Shown here piece after piece: positions 46,357 to 56,769 of a stretch of 64,000 nt of DNA. Numbering within the stretch: the first letter of the stretch is position 1; every line of letters begins with the position of its first letter. Under the pieces are notes generated by a model that saw only the letters and a list, made by a program, of their open reading frames with translations, did no database searches and was not told the DNA's origin. The position numbers were made by a program, and so were the translations under genes. The stretch lies in assembly GCA_043798915.1 (NCBI GenBank), contig JAZDOG010000090.1, positions 1 through 64,000 of the forward strand, given 5' to 3'. This stretch comes from Pseudomonadota bacterium. GTDB lineage: Bacteria > UBA10199 > 2-02-FULL-44-16 > JAAZCA01.

Positions 46357-47003
46357 GCTCGAGAATTAACCCTCAATCTGTGCCTCACATATTCAATAAT
46401 TCCCGGCAGGATCGAGATGAAGATTATTACGAAGATCGCGATCGTGAAGTTCGCCTTCACCACTGGTATGTTTCCGAAGAAAAAGCCGCCGAGCACGAAG
46501 AGGCCGATCCACAGGATGCTCCCTGCGATGCTGTAGGATAAAAACCGCCAGTACGTCATCTTTCCAATTCCGGCAACGAAGGGCGCGAACGTGCGGATGA
46601 TCGGCATGAACCGCGCGATGATCACGGTCTTGCCGCCGTGTTTCTCGTAAAACCGATGCGTCCGTTCGAGGTGCTTCTTGTTGAGGAACCGGACGTTCTC
46701 CCTGTGGAAGACCTTTGGCCCCACGGCGCGGCCGATCCAGTAGTTGGTGCTGTCGCCGATGATTGGCGCGAGGCACAAAAGGACGAGGAGCGTCTTTATC
46801 TCGAACGCCCCCTGCGCGGCGAACGTGCCTGCGGCGAAGAGGAGCGAATCGCCTGGGAGAAAGGGAGTTATGACGAGCCCAGTTTCGCAGAAGAGGACGA
46901 TGAAGAGGATCGCATACGTGAAAGTGCCGTATGTCTGGATGACGGTGCTCAGGTATTTGTCGAGATGCATGAACAGGTCGATGGATTGGGCAAGGAATCT
47001 CAT
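46344..47003 (-). CDS. dedA: DedA family membrane protein
   Basis: FCETGLVITPFLPGDSLLFAAG, GDSTNYWIGR, ARFMPIIRTFAPFVAG. Confidence 0.93.
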   Translation of the reverse strand: MRFLAQSIDLFMHLDKYLSTVIQTYGTFTYAILFIVLFCETGLVITPFLPGDSLLFAAGTFAAQGAFEIKTLLVLLCLAPIIGDSTNYWIGRAVGPKVFHRENVRFLNKKHLERTHRFYEKHGGKTVIIARFMPIIRTFAPFVAGIGKMTYWRFLSYSIAGSILWIGLFVLGGFFFGNIPVVKANFTIAIFVIIFISILPGIIEYVRHRLRVNSRAPSP

Positions 47004-47047
47004 GGTCTTGCCCCTCTACCCTGCAAGCTCCGGGGCGTCAATAAAAA

Positions 47048-47180
47048 GCCTCTTTTCCCTCTCCCCTTGAGGGAGAGGGTCAGGGTGAGGGGGGGGGGGG
47101 TCGTGCAGATTCCGAGACTCCCTTCGATTCCCTCTTCCGAGGGAAGAAAAATTTTCAAAGACGCCCTGCTGAATAGTTAC
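47048..47180. repeat. Truncated/degenerate family C MITE copy
   Basis: Same CCCTCTCCC..GGGAGAGGGTCAGGGTGAGGG start, G12 run, ends in CTGAATAGTTAC; left TIR missing. Confidence 0.7.
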
Positions 47181-47247
47181 CTTTGCTTTTTATGTGATTT
47201 TAGGCTAATTCCGGTGATGAAAGGTATTTGAAATTTATAGAAATTTT

Positions 47248-47415
47248 GTAACTATTCAGGTGCCTATGCCTCTTTTCCCTCTCCCTTGAGGGGAGAGGGT
47301 CAGGGTGAGGGTGGCAATGGCGACTAGGTGAAAGAAATTCGCAAGGTCACCCTCCCTCTGACTCCCTCCCATCAAGGGAGGGAGAAATTCGGAAGGCGCA
47401 CTGCTGAATAGTTAC
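47248..47415. mobile_element. Complete 168-bp MITE with 12-bp TIRs and 8-bp target-site duplication, carrying a family C repeat doublet
   Basis: GTAACTATTCAG(47248-47259)...CTGAATAGTTAC(47404-47415), flanked by GAAATTTT at 47240-47247 and 47416-47423. Confidence 0.85.
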
Positions 47416-47514
47416 GAAATTTTCTCATTTTATCGTTGGGAGCGATTGACAAGTGAACGGAGGATGCGGCACTCATCGATTATACAATCGCTATAATCGA
47501 TGGAGCGAAATCTC

Positions 47515-47867
47515 ATGGCCCAGATACAGTTCAAGGGAAAGACATTCGTCCAGAACCATCACCTCTCGGTGAAGTATCACGAGCTCGTTCCCGTCAAGGC
47601 CAAGAGCCTGACCGACAAGGTGAGCCTCCAGGACAACCTGATCATCCACGGCGATAATCTCAAGGCTTTGAAGGCGTTGCTTCCGATGTACGCCGGGAAG
47701 ATCAAGTGCATCTATATCGACCCGCCCTACAACACCGGCAACGAGAACTGGGTCTACAACGACAACGTCAGTTCGCCGATGATGCAGGAGTGGATCAGGA
47801 GCACCTCGATCAATACAAGATAGATTTTGCGCAATTGCCGTTCGAGATATACGAACTGGCGCGGTGA
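47515..47867 (+). pseudogene. mod: Type III R-M methyltransferase (Mod) with large internal deletion
   Basis: N-part NLIIHGDNLKALKAL...IYIDPPYNTG stops at 47823; another frame gives a Mod-like C-terminus DQEHLDQYKIDFAQLPFEIYELAR* ending 47867; FxGxG motif absent. Confidence 0.8.
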
Positions 47868-47870
47868 CGC

Positions 47871-50391
47871 ATGCAGCTCAAAGAATACCAACAGCGGGCG
47901 TTGGCCGAAATTAGGCGCTATCTCGAGCAGCTCTCCGGGTGGCGGGGAAAGGCAGAGGCCAATCCGGAACTCGAGATCGATTTTCCGGCCAAGGCCTGGG
48001 AAAAAGCGGGCGTTGGCCGGCGTTATACCTCCCGGAAAAACGGTCTCGGCCAGCCCCTTCCAAATTTTTGCCTCAAGGTCCCGACGGGCGGCGGCAAGAC
48101 GCTGCTTGCCGTCAAGACCGTCGATCTGGTGAACGTCGTCTACCGCAAGCGACGCACCGGCCTCGTCCTCTGGATCGTCCCGACGACACAGATCTACCGC
48201 CAGACCATTGGGCACTTGAAGGATCGCGATGATCCTTATCGCCAGCACCTTGATATCGCCAGCGGCGGCCACACCGTCATCGTGGAGAAGACGGACCACT
48301 TTACGCCGCAGGACATGCAGGAAAACCTCGTCGTCTTGATGCTGATGCTCCCATCGGCTAATCGCAAGACCAAGGAGACATTAAAAGTCTTCAAGGACAG
48401 CGGTGGTTTTCAGGATTTCTTTCCGCCGGAGGACGACATCAAGGCGCAGGAGGCGCTCCTCAAGCGCTGTCCGAATCTGGATACCTACGAAAGGGAGGGC
48501 GGGTTCTGGGGGAGGCAGATCAAGACGTCGCTGGGCAATACCCTTCGGACGCTTGCGCCGCTGATCATCCTCGATGAAGGGCACAAGGCCTACAGCGAGG
48601 GGGCGCAGGATACGCTCCGCGGATTCAACCCCTGTCTCATCGCGGAGCTCTCCGCGACGCCGGTCGAGAGCAACGTCCTTGTGGACATCTCCGGCCGCGA
48701 GCTGCACCGCGAGGAGATGATCAAGCTCGACCTTCATGTCGTGAACAAGGCGAGCCCGGACTGGAAGGATACTCTTCTCTCCGGCGCAAACAAACTCGAT
48801 GCGCTCAAGGTGGAGGCAAAAGAATATGAATCGAACACGGGCGGCTACATCCGCCCGATCTGTCTCATTCAGGTCGAGCGCACCGGCAAGGATCAGATGG
48901 GTGGCCGCTTCATCCATTCGGAGCAGGTGCGCGAGCACCTAATCAAGGTGATGGGCGTGCCTGCCGAACAGATCGCGGTGAAGACGAGCGAGAAGGACGA
49001 ACTCAAGGAGATAGACGACGTCGGCGGCCTGCTCTCGCGCGATTGCAAGGTGCGCTACATCATACACCAAACAGGCGTTGCAGGAAGGTTGGGATTGCTC
49101 GTTTGCGTATGTCCTCGTCATCCTCACGAATCCATCGTCGAAAAATGCGCTGACGCAGCTCGTGGGGCGCATCCTCCGCCAGCCATATGCCCGCAAGACC
49201 GGTATTCGCGAGCTGGACGAGAGCTATGTGTTCTGCTTCCAGCTCAAGGCTGGCGCGCTTTTGGGCAGCATCAAATCAGGGTTTGAACAGGAGGGGTTGG
49301 GCGATTTGCGGAGCCATATCTCAGCCGAGGATGAAGGCGCGGGCGGCGAGGGCGGGGAAAAATACGCCGAGATCCGCGATAAATTCCGAAAGGCCGCGGG
49401 CCGAACCATTCTTCCGATTTTCGTCGTGAGAGATGGCGGGGGCTGGCGGCCCGTCGTATATGAAATGGATATCGCCCCCCACATCGCATGGGATGAAGTT
49501 GATTTGAAGCCGGTGAAAACCCTCAAGCTTTCCGTGTATGAGGAAAAAGACCTCGAGCACGTGGTCACGCGGTCCGAAGACGCGAGGGAAGTCATCAGGC
49601 AGAAGAGCGTCGTCCAGTTAAAGGAAGGCGGGATTCACGTCGATCCGGTCTTTATGACGCGTCAGATATGCGATATCGTTCCCAATCCCTGGCGCGCGCA
49701 CGAATTCGCAAACTCGATTCTGGAACATTATCGGGATCGGAAAAAATCGGATGAACGGCTGATTGCGAACAACTTCGTCTTTCTGATCGAGGAATTGCGA
49801 AAACAGGTTGAGAAGGAAAAAGAGAGGCTGGCCGAAAGCATCTTTCGCGCAATGCTGGAAAAGGACGAGCTTCGTTTTCTCGTTATCGGAAAAGATTTCG
49901 ACTGGACCTTTCCGAAAAAGATCGCCGTGCGGCCGAAATACCTCAACCGAAAGGACGGCAGTCAGCTGGAATTGAGCCTCTTCGAGGCCGTCTCCGAGGA
50001 CGAATTCAACGAAACGGAAAAGGCCGTCGCATGGTATCTGGAGAGCCAGGAGCGGCTCTTCTTCTGGTTTCGCAATCGGTCGCGCCGAGACTATTCGATT
50101 CAGGGCTGGCGCGAACACCGCATTTATCCGGATTTCATCTTCACCGCCACGGAACGGGACGAAAAGAAGGACTACGAGCGCGTCTATGTCGTGGAGACAA
50201 AGGGGCTGCACATCAAGGACAGCGAAAAGACGAATTACATCCGGAAGGTCTTCGACATCTGCACGAAGCAGGCTGAGTCTCGGAACTGGACGGAGCTGGG
50301 CCTGCAGATGAAAGACAAGGCTCTGCAATTTGAAGTGCTGGACGAAAGCGAATGGCAGGCGAAGTTGAATGAGATATTGCAAGAGGCATAG
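47871..50391 (+). pseudogene. res: Type III restriction endonuclease (Res), frameshifted near 49064
   Basis: LKEYQ, PTGGGKT, LDEGH, ELSATP in frame 1; (T)KQALQEGWD, QLVGRILR, YPDF...VVETKG continue in the next frame after RYII. Confidence 0.82.
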
Positions 50392-50410
50392 CGCCCTGAG
50401 GAGGAAAAAT

Positions 50411-51232
50411 ATGCAGCCACTCATAATCACCGCCGCGATAACGGGCGCCGAGACGACGAAGGAGATGAACCCCAATCTCCCGGTGACGCCGGAGGAGCAG
50501 GCGAGGGCTGCTGCCGAATGCGTCGCGGCCGGGGCGGCTGTGATCCACCTCCATGTGCGCGATTCGAAGGGCAAGCCATCTCAGTCTCTTGCGGACTTTC
50601 GCGCATCGATCGATGCGATACGCGCGGCCTGCGATCCGAAGCCGATCATCCAGATATCCACGGGCGGTGCTGTCGGCGCCCCGATGGAGGAGAGGGCAAG
50701 GCCGATCGCCGAGCTCAAGCCTGAAATGGCCTCGCTCAACGTCGCGTCGATGAATTTCGGCGACGAGGTCTTTCTGAATCGGCCTCAGGACGTGAAGGAG
50801 CTCGCGAAGAAGATGTTTGAGCTCGGCGTGATCCCGGAGGTCGAGGTTTATGATGCCGGGCACATCGAAATTGCGAAGCGGCTCCTGAAAAACGGCTTTC
50901 TGGCCAAACCGATCCACTATCAATTCGTGCTCGGAGTCCCCGGCGGTCTGTCGGGCGAGGAGCGGAATCTGAAATTCATGATCGGTTCGGTCGACGAGGG
51001 CGATACGTGGGCCGTCGCAGGCGTCGGACGGTACGAATTTCCGCTGGCGGAGCTCGCTGTGCCGTTGGGTGGGCACGTCCGCGTCGGCTTCGAGGACAAC
51101 GTATATTATGAGAAGGGCGTCCTCGCGAAGAGCAACGCCGAGCTCGTCGCACGCGTGAAGAGGATCGCCGGCGATTGCGGCCGCGCCGTGGCAACACCCC
51201 AGGATGCCAGAAAGATGCTGGGGCTGGTTTGA
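50411..51232 (+). CDS. kce: 3-keto-5-aminohexanoate cleavage enzyme (BKACE/DUF849)
   Basis: LIITAAITGAE, NPNLPVTPEE, IHLHVRD, STGGAVG, HVRVGFEDN, SNAELV. Confidence 0.85.
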   Translation: MQPLIITAAITGAETTKEMNPNLPVTPEEQARAAAECVAAGAAVIHLHVRDSKGKPSQSLADFRASIDAIRAACDPKPIIQISTGGAVGAPMEERARPIAELKPEMASLNVASMNFGDEVFLNRPQDVKELAKKMFELGVIPEVEVYDAGHIEIAKRLLKNGFLAKPIHYQFVLGVPGGLSGEERNLKFMIGSVDEGDTWAVAGVGRYEFPLAELAVPLGGHVRVGFEDNVYYEKGVLAKSNAELVARVKRIAGDCGRAVATPQDARKMLGLV

Positions 51233-51347
51233 AAAAGGGGTCCCCTTTTTCCTTTTTCTTGACATCCTTTCACAAAAGAGCGAATGTGCGGCCGTTTTAT
51301 CCGGCCTTAGATAAAACCTAGGTTTTTCAACAAGTTGGAACGCCATT

Positions 51348-51899
51348 ATGATCGAAATCAGGTTCCATGGCCGTGGCGGCCAAGGGGCAGTTACCTCCGC
51401 AGAACTCATAGCCTTGGCGGCCATCGGGCAGGGGCGTTTTGCCCAGTCGATGCCGTCGTTCGGCCCCGAGCGGCGCGGCGCCCCGGTCCAGGCGTTCCTG
51501 CGGGTTGCCGACGAGCAGATAAGAATTCGCGCTGAGGTGACGCGCCCCAACATCGTCGTTGTACTGGACGACAGCCTCATACACGTGCTGGATGTTACGA
51601 GCGGCCTCAAGGATGGGGGGCTGGTGATAGTCAACACGCAGCAGTCCGAGGAGGACGTCAGGGCGGCGATCAAATTCAAGGGGAAGCTCGCTACTGTCGA
51701 TGCGCTGAAGATCGCGCTTGAGACGCTCAAGGTCCCGATCACGAACACGACGATGATCGGCGCACTCATAAAGGCGACGGGCATCGTTCCGATGGATGCG
51801 ATAATCCCTGAGATACAGCGCCGCTTCAATCCGAAGCTGGCCGAACGGAACGTCGTGGCACTGAAGAGGGCATTCGAGGAAACAAAGATAAGTTCATAG
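51348..51899 (+). CDS. porC: Pyruvate/2-oxoacid:ferredoxin oxidoreductase gamma subunit
   Basis: [37 protein letters not shown] at 51259 upstream. Confidence 0.92.
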
Positions 51900-51909
51900 C
51901 TGAGTTCTT

Positions 51910-52191
51910 ATGGCCGAAAAAACATGGAAAGACATAGAGCCCGGATTCGTCGTGAATCCCGGCGGCGCGCGCAACTACCGCACTGGCGACTGGCGGAGCC
52001 AATGGCCGAAGTATAACAAGGACCGCTGCATAAAATGCGGCGTCTGCTATGTGTTCTGTCCCGACGCTGCGATAAGCATAGCGGCTGACGGATATGTCGA
52101 TTTCAGCGATTTTTACTGCAAGGGTTGTGGGATCTGCGCGCGCGAGTGCGTGACCGGCGCGATAACTATGGTTTCGGGCGGAAAGAAGTAA
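51910..52191 (+). CDS. porD: POR delta subunit (2x[4Fe-4S])
   Basis: TGDWRS, CIKCGVCYVFCP, CKGCGICAREC. Confidence 0.92.
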   Translation: MAEKTWKDIEPGFVVNPGGARNYRTGDWRSQWPKYNKDRCIKCGVCYVFCPDAAISIAADGYVDFSDFYCKGCGICARECVTGAITMVSGGKK

Positions 52192-52201
52192 TGGACATAT
52201 G

Positions 52202-52270
52202 TGTCATTCCCGCGAAAGCGGGAATCCCCTGGTCTTCATGGGATCCCCGCTTACGTCCGCGGGGATGACA
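52202..52270. repeat. GTCATTCCCGCG-type palindromic element (dRS3/RPE-like) inside the por operon
   Basis: TGTCATTCCCGCGAAAGCGGGAATCC...GGATCCCCGC...GCGGGGATGACA. Confidence 0.8.
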
Positions 52271-52288
52271 AAGAGTGGGAACTCATAA

Positions 52289-53464
52289 ATGGGCAAACGC
52301 AAAGGACTCGAAGTCTCATTGGCGGTATCGGAGGCGGTGAAGCTCGCCAATGCCGACGTGATCGCAGCGTACCCGATAACGCCCCAGACCCACATCGTCG
52401 AGAGCCTGGCCGAGATCTGCGCCGAGGGCGAGCTCGACGCCGAATTTGTCTGCGTGGAGAGCGAACACTCGGCGATGAGCGCCTGCCTGGGCGCTTCTGC
52501 CGCGGGCGCGCGCGTCTTCACGTCCACATCGGGCCAGGGCCTCGAGCTCATGCACGAGGCGGTATATCTCGCGAGCTCGATGCGCCTGCCGATCGTGATG
52601 GCGCTCGCCAACCGCGCCCTCTCCGCGCCTCTCTCGGTGTGGGGAGACCACTCGGATGTCATGGCGGTGAGGGACACCGGCTGGATCTCGGTCTTCTGCG
52701 AAAACGGCCAGGAGGCGTTCGATCTCACGCTATGGGCGTTTCGGATCGCCGAGGACAAGAGGGTTCTCTTCCCCGTGATGGTGAATCTCGATGGCTTCCA
52801 TCTCACGCATGTCGTGGAGCCGATAGAGATCGAGGATGAAGAGAAGGTTCGCGCCTATCTGCCTTCCAATGAATATCCGCTGCCGCTGGATCCCAGAAAG
52901 CCCGTCAACATGGGCACGTTCGCGCCGCCGCACATCTACAGTGAGATAAAGAAGTCGCAGGAAGTCGCGTTCCAGGGGATTCGTCCCGTTATCATCGAAT
53001 CGTGGGCCGAGTTCGCAGAGCATTTCGGCCGCCAGTATCGGCCCGTCGAGACATACAAAACAGAAGGCGCGGAGACGCTCATCCTCACGATGGGCAGCTA
53101 CAGCCAAACGGCCTCGGTCGCTATCGACGAGCTGCGCGCGAAGGGCAGGAAGGTCGGGCAGATAAAGCTCCGCCTCTGGAGGCCGTTCCCGTTCGAGGAG
53201 CTGCGCGCTGCCGTGAAGGGCGCGAAGAGGCTCATCATCCTCGATCGTTGCATATCGTCGGGCGGCCCGGGCGGCCCGGTCGCGTCGGAGGTGAAAAGCG
53301 CACTGTATAATGAAGCGGTTCGTCCGAAGATCGCGAGCTTCATCGCCGGGCTCGGCGGGCGCGATATATTGCCGGAGCAGTTCGTGGAGATAATAGAGCG
53401 CGGCGAGAAGATCGCCGATGAAGGACAGAGGGGCGAGTTTGAGATTTATGGCGTAAGGGGATAA
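52289..53464 (+). CDS. porA: POR alpha subunit
   Basis: AYPITPQT, ESEHSAMS, TSGQGLELMHE, NRALSAP, DGFHLTH, GLGGRD. Confidence 0.92.
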   Translation: MGKRKGLEVSLAVSEAVKLANADVIAAYPITPQTHIVESLAEICAEGELDAEFVCVESEHSAMSACLGASAAGARVFTSTSGQGLELMHEAVYLASSMRLPIVMALANRALSAPLSVWGDHSDVMAVRDTGWISVFCENGQEAFDLTLWAFRIAEDKRVLFPVMVNLDGFHLTHVVEPIEIEDEEKVRAYLPSNEYPLPLDPRKPVNMGTFAPPHIYSEIKKSQEVAFQGIRPVIIESWAEFAEHFGRQYRPVETYKTEGAETLILTMGSYSQTASVAIDELRAKGRKVGQIKLRLWRPFPFEELRAAVKGAKRLIILDRCISSGGPGGPVASEVKSALYNEAVRPKIASFIAGLGGRDILPEQFVEIIERGEKIADEGQRGEFEIYGVRG

Positions 53465-53473
53465 GGGAAGACA

Positions 53474-54409
53474 ATGGCTGCGAACTTAAATCTTTCAGTT
53501 TACGCGTCCCGCATCACGGACAAGAGCGAGCACTTCACGTCCGGGCACCGCGCCTGCGTCGGCTGCGCCGAGGCGCTGGCCGTCCGCATGGTGGCGAAGG
53601 CGGTGGGGCGGGACGTCATCATGGTCAGCGCGACCGGCTGCATGGAGATCGTCTCATCGCCCTATCCTGACACGAGCTGGGACGTGCCGTGGATCCATAC
53701 CCTGTTTGAAAACACCTCAGCCGTCGCATCGGGGATCGAAGCCGCCCTGAAGGTGCTCCGCAGGAAGGGGAGGCTCCCCGACGACAGGCGCGTGAAGGTG
53801 GTCGCCATGGGCGGCGACGGCGCCACGGCTGACATCGGAATCCAGGCGCTCTCCGGCATGCTCGAGCGCGGCCACGACATCCTCTATGTTTGCTATGACA
53901 ACGAAGCTTACATGAACACCGGCATCCAGCGCTCGGGCGCGACGCCGTTCGGCGCATCGACGACGACGTCGCCGGCGGGCGCAAAGAGCAAAGGGCAGCA
54001 CACGTGGAAGAAGAATATGCCCGAGATCGTGGCGGCGCACCACATCCCGTATGTCGCCACCGCGTGCCCGAGCTTCCCGTTCGACCTCGAGATGAAGGTG
54101 AAGAAGGCGGTCGCGGTGGAGGGCCCGGCGTATCTGCATATCCTCTCGGTCTGCCCGACTGGCTGGCGTTCGGCGACCGAGCTGGCGATTCAGCATGGAA
54201 GGCTGGCCGTGCAGAGCGGAGTCTTCCCTCTCTTCGAAGTGGAGAACGAAGCGTGGAAACTGACGATGGATTTCGAGAAGCGCATCCCCGTTGCCGACTA
54301 TTTCAAGGGACAGGGGCGCTTCAGGCATCTGAACGAGGCCGATATCGCCTATATCCAGGGAATGGTGGATGAGAAGTGGGAACTCTTAAGAAAAAGGTGC
54401 GGACTTTAA
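53474..54409 (+). CDS. porB: POR beta subunit (TPP-binding)
   Basis: GHRACVGC, TGCMEI, GGDGATADIG...DNEAYMNTGIQRS, CPTGW, QGRFRHL. Confidence 0.92.
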   Translation: MAANLNLSVYASRITDKSEHFTSGHRACVGCAEALAVRMVAKAVGRDVIMVSATGCMEIVSSPYPDTSWDVPWIHTLFENTSAVASGIEAALKVLRRKGRLPDDRRVKVVAMGGDGATADIGIQALSGMLERGHDILYVCYDNEAYMNTGIQRSGATPFGASTTTSPAGAKSKGQHTWKKNMPEIVAAHHIPYVATACPSFPFDLEMKVKKAVAVEGPAYLHILSVCPTGWRSATELAIQHGRLAVQSGVFPLFEVENEAWKLTMDFEKRIPVADYFKGQGRFRHLNEADIAYIQGMVDEKWELLRKRCGL

Positions 54410-54876
54410 TGGATATCAAACAGGTCGATAAAATCTGCTCCGAGCACGACAACCGCGCCGATCATCTGATCGGGATACTGCAGGACGTGCAGGCGCACTA
54501 CAGGTATCTCCCGAAGCACCCGATCGAGCGCGTTGCGCAGTGTCTCAATATTCCGCTCGCGCAGGTCTTCTCCGTGGCGACGTTCTTCCGGGCATTTTCT
54601 CTCACACCGCGCGGCGAGAAGGTCGTCAACGTCTGCATGGGCACGGCATGTCACGTGAGGGGCGCCAAGCGCATGCTCGAGGAGCTCGAGCGGGATCTCG
54701 GCATAGATGCCGGGCAGACGACGAAGGATATGAAGGTGACGCTCGAGACGGTCAACTGCGTCGGCGCATGCGCGTTGGGGCCGGTGATCGTTGTGAATGA
54801 AGACTATCACGGCAAGATGGATTCGACGAAGACTGCGAAACTGGCGAAAGATCTGATGGGGCAGGCAAAGCGATGA
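54409..54876 (+). CDS. NuoE/HydC-like [2Fe-2S] subunit
   Basis: TAATG overlap with porB; VATFF, VCMGTACHVRG, VNCVGACALGP. Confidence 0.88.
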   Translation: MDIKQVDKICSEHDNRADHLIGILQDVQAHYRYLPKHPIERVAQCLNIPLAQVFSVATFFRAFSLTPRGEKVVNVCMGTACHVRGAKRMLEELERDLGIDAGQTTKDMKVTLETVNCVGACALGPVIVVNEDYHGKMDSTKTAKLAKDLMGQAKR

Positions 54877-56765
54877 AGAGACTCGAAAACAACAAGGCGC
54901 TCGAAGCCCTCCGTGCGGAGCTTCAGAAGAGGCGCGATCCGAAGAAGACCGTCGTCACCGTCTGCGGCGGCACCGGCTGCCACGGCTATGGCTGCGAAAA
55001 GGTGATAGAGGCCTTCCGGAGTGAACTTTTTAACAAAGGTCTTTCAGAGCGCGTTGAGTTGCGGGTCTCGGGCTGCCACGGCTTCTGCGAACGGGGCCCT
55101 CTCGCACTCATCCAGCCCAAGGGCATTTTCTACCAGCGCATCGAGCCGACCGACGTCCCCGAGATAATTGCAAAGACTATCCTGGGCGACGACATAGTCG
55201 AAAAACTCCTTTATGAGCTGCCGGACGGGAAGAGGGCGAAGCTCGAGAAGAATGTGCCGTTCTATGCCCGTCAGCAGCGCCTCATCTTCAGCGCCAACCA
55301 GCGAATCAACGCCGACTCGATCGAGGACTACATCGCCGACGGCGGCTATGCCGCGCTGCCCAAGGCATTGGGCATGAAGCCCGAGGCGATAGTAGATGAA
55401 GTGAAGAAGGCTGGCCTTCGCGGGCGCGGCGGCGGGGGATTTCCCACGGGTAGGAAGTGGGAGACAGTCAGAAAGGCGCAGCCGGGCCAGCTCCGCTACG
55501 TGATATGCAACGCGGACGAAGGGGATCCCGGCGCATACATGGACCGCTCGCTGCTCGAGGGCAACCCGAATAGCGTCCTCGAAGGCATGATCATCGGCGC
55601 ATATGCCATAGGATCAAACGAAGGCTATATCTACGTCCGCAATGAATATCCTCTGGCGGTAAAGAACGTTCGCATAGCTCTCAAACAGGCGAAGGAGCTG
55701 GGCCTCATCGGCAAGGATATACTTGGCTCAGGCTTTGATTTCGATATCACGATCAGCCGCGGCGGAGGCGCCTTCGTCTGCGGCGAGTCGACGGCGCTGA
55801 TGGCGTCGCTCGAGGGGAGGATCGGCGAGCCGCGCGCGAAATACATCCACACCGCGGAATACGGCCTTCACGACAAGCCCTCCTGCCTCAACAACGTCGA
55901 GACGTGGGCGAATGTTCCTCTCATCATAAACAAGGGTGCAGACTGGTATGCGTCGATCGGGACGGCCGGCAGCAAGGGGACCAAAATATTCTCGCTCGTC
56001 GGAAAGATCAACAACACCGGGCTCGTCGAAGTGCCGATGGGGATCAAGCTTCGCGAGATCATCTACGACATTGGCGGCGGGATCCCGAACGGCAAAAAGT
56101 TCAAGGCGGTGCAGACCGGCGGGCCGTCCGGCGGCTGCATCCCCGAGAGCCTCTTGGACCTGTCGATCGACTTCGATGAGCTCACTAAGGCCGGATCGAT
56201 GATGGGGTCGGGCGGCCTCATCGTGATGGACGAGGACACATGCGTCGTCGACATCGCCCGCTACTTCACGAAGTTTCTGACCGAGGAGTCGTGCGGCAAG
56301 TGCGTCCCGTGCCGCGAGGGCGTGGCGCACATGCTCTGGATACTCGAGAGGATATGCAACGGCGAGGGGAGGGAGGACGACATCAAACTCCTAGAGGAGA
56401 TGTCGGAGACGATAATCGACGGGTCGCTCTGCGCCCTCGGGAGCACCGCTCCGAATCCGGTCCTTTCGACGATCAGATATTTCAGGGATGAGTACGAGGC
56501 CCATATCAAAGATAAACGCTGCCCTGCGAGGGTCTGCAAGGCGCTTATCACGTATAATGTGATCGACAAGAACTGCACAGGCTGCACCTCCTGCGCCCGA
56601 GCTTGCCCCACCGAGGCCGCGGTGGCTACGGACAAGCCGGCGCCCGCGCCGATAAAGGGCAAGGTGAATCCCAAGCTGAAACTGCACACGGTCGTTCAGG
56701 ACAAGTGCATCAAGTGCGGGATGTGCTATGAGGCGTGCAAGTACGGGGCGATAAAGGTCGAATAA
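54873..56765 (+). CDS. NuoF/HydB-like FMN/NADH-binding subunit (long, bifurcating-type architecture)
   Basis: N-terminal [2Fe-2S] CGGTGC/CHGFC; GRGGGGFPTG, CNADEGDPGAYMDR, CGKCVPCREG, HIKDKRCPARVC; C-terminal 2x[4Fe-4S]. Confidence 0.9.
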   Translation: MKRLENNKALEALRAELQKRRDPKKTVVTVCGGTGCHGYGCEKVIEAFRSELFNKGLSERVELRVSGCHGFCERGPLALIQPKGIFYQRIEPTDVPEIIAKTILGDDIVEKLLYELPDGKRAKLEKNVPFYARQQRLIFSANQRINADSIEDYIADGGYAALPKALGMKPEAIVDEVKKAGLRGRGGGGFPTGRKWETVRKAQPGQLRYVICNADEGDPGAYMDRSLLEGNPNSVLEGMIIGAYAIGSNEGYIYVRNEYPLAVKNVRIALKQAKELGLIGKDILGSGFDFDITISRGGGAFVCGESTALMASLEGRIGEPRAKYIHTAEYGLHDKPSCLNNVETWANVPLIINKGADWYASIGTAGSKGTKIFSLVGKINNTGLVEVPMGIKLREIIYDIGGGIPNGKKFKAVQTGGPSGGCIPESLLDLSIDFDELTKAGSMMGSGGLIVMDEDTCVVDIARYFTKFLTEESCGKCVPCREGVAHMLWILERICNGEGREDDIKLLEEMSETIIDGSLCALGSTAPNPVLSTIRYFRDEYEAHIKDKRCPARVCKALITYNVIDKNCTGCTSCARACPTEAAVATDKPAPAPIKGKVNPKLKLHTVVQDKCIKCGMCYEACKYGAIKVE

Positions 56766-56769
56766 AAAT

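Noticed and set aside
47089..47100. G12 tract as a phase-variation switch for dedA
   Set aside because: Lies inside a degenerate repeat copy, with no evident promoter elements spanning it
47474..47502. Palindrome CATCGATTATA-7-TATAATCGATG upstream of mod as a controller-protein operator
   Set aside because: Real 11-bp inverted repeat containing TATAAT, but no C-protein gene or correctly spaced -35, so function cannot be assigned
50411..51232. Complete lysine fermentation pathway
   Set aside because: Only kce is present; kamA, kamDE, kdd and kal are not in the window
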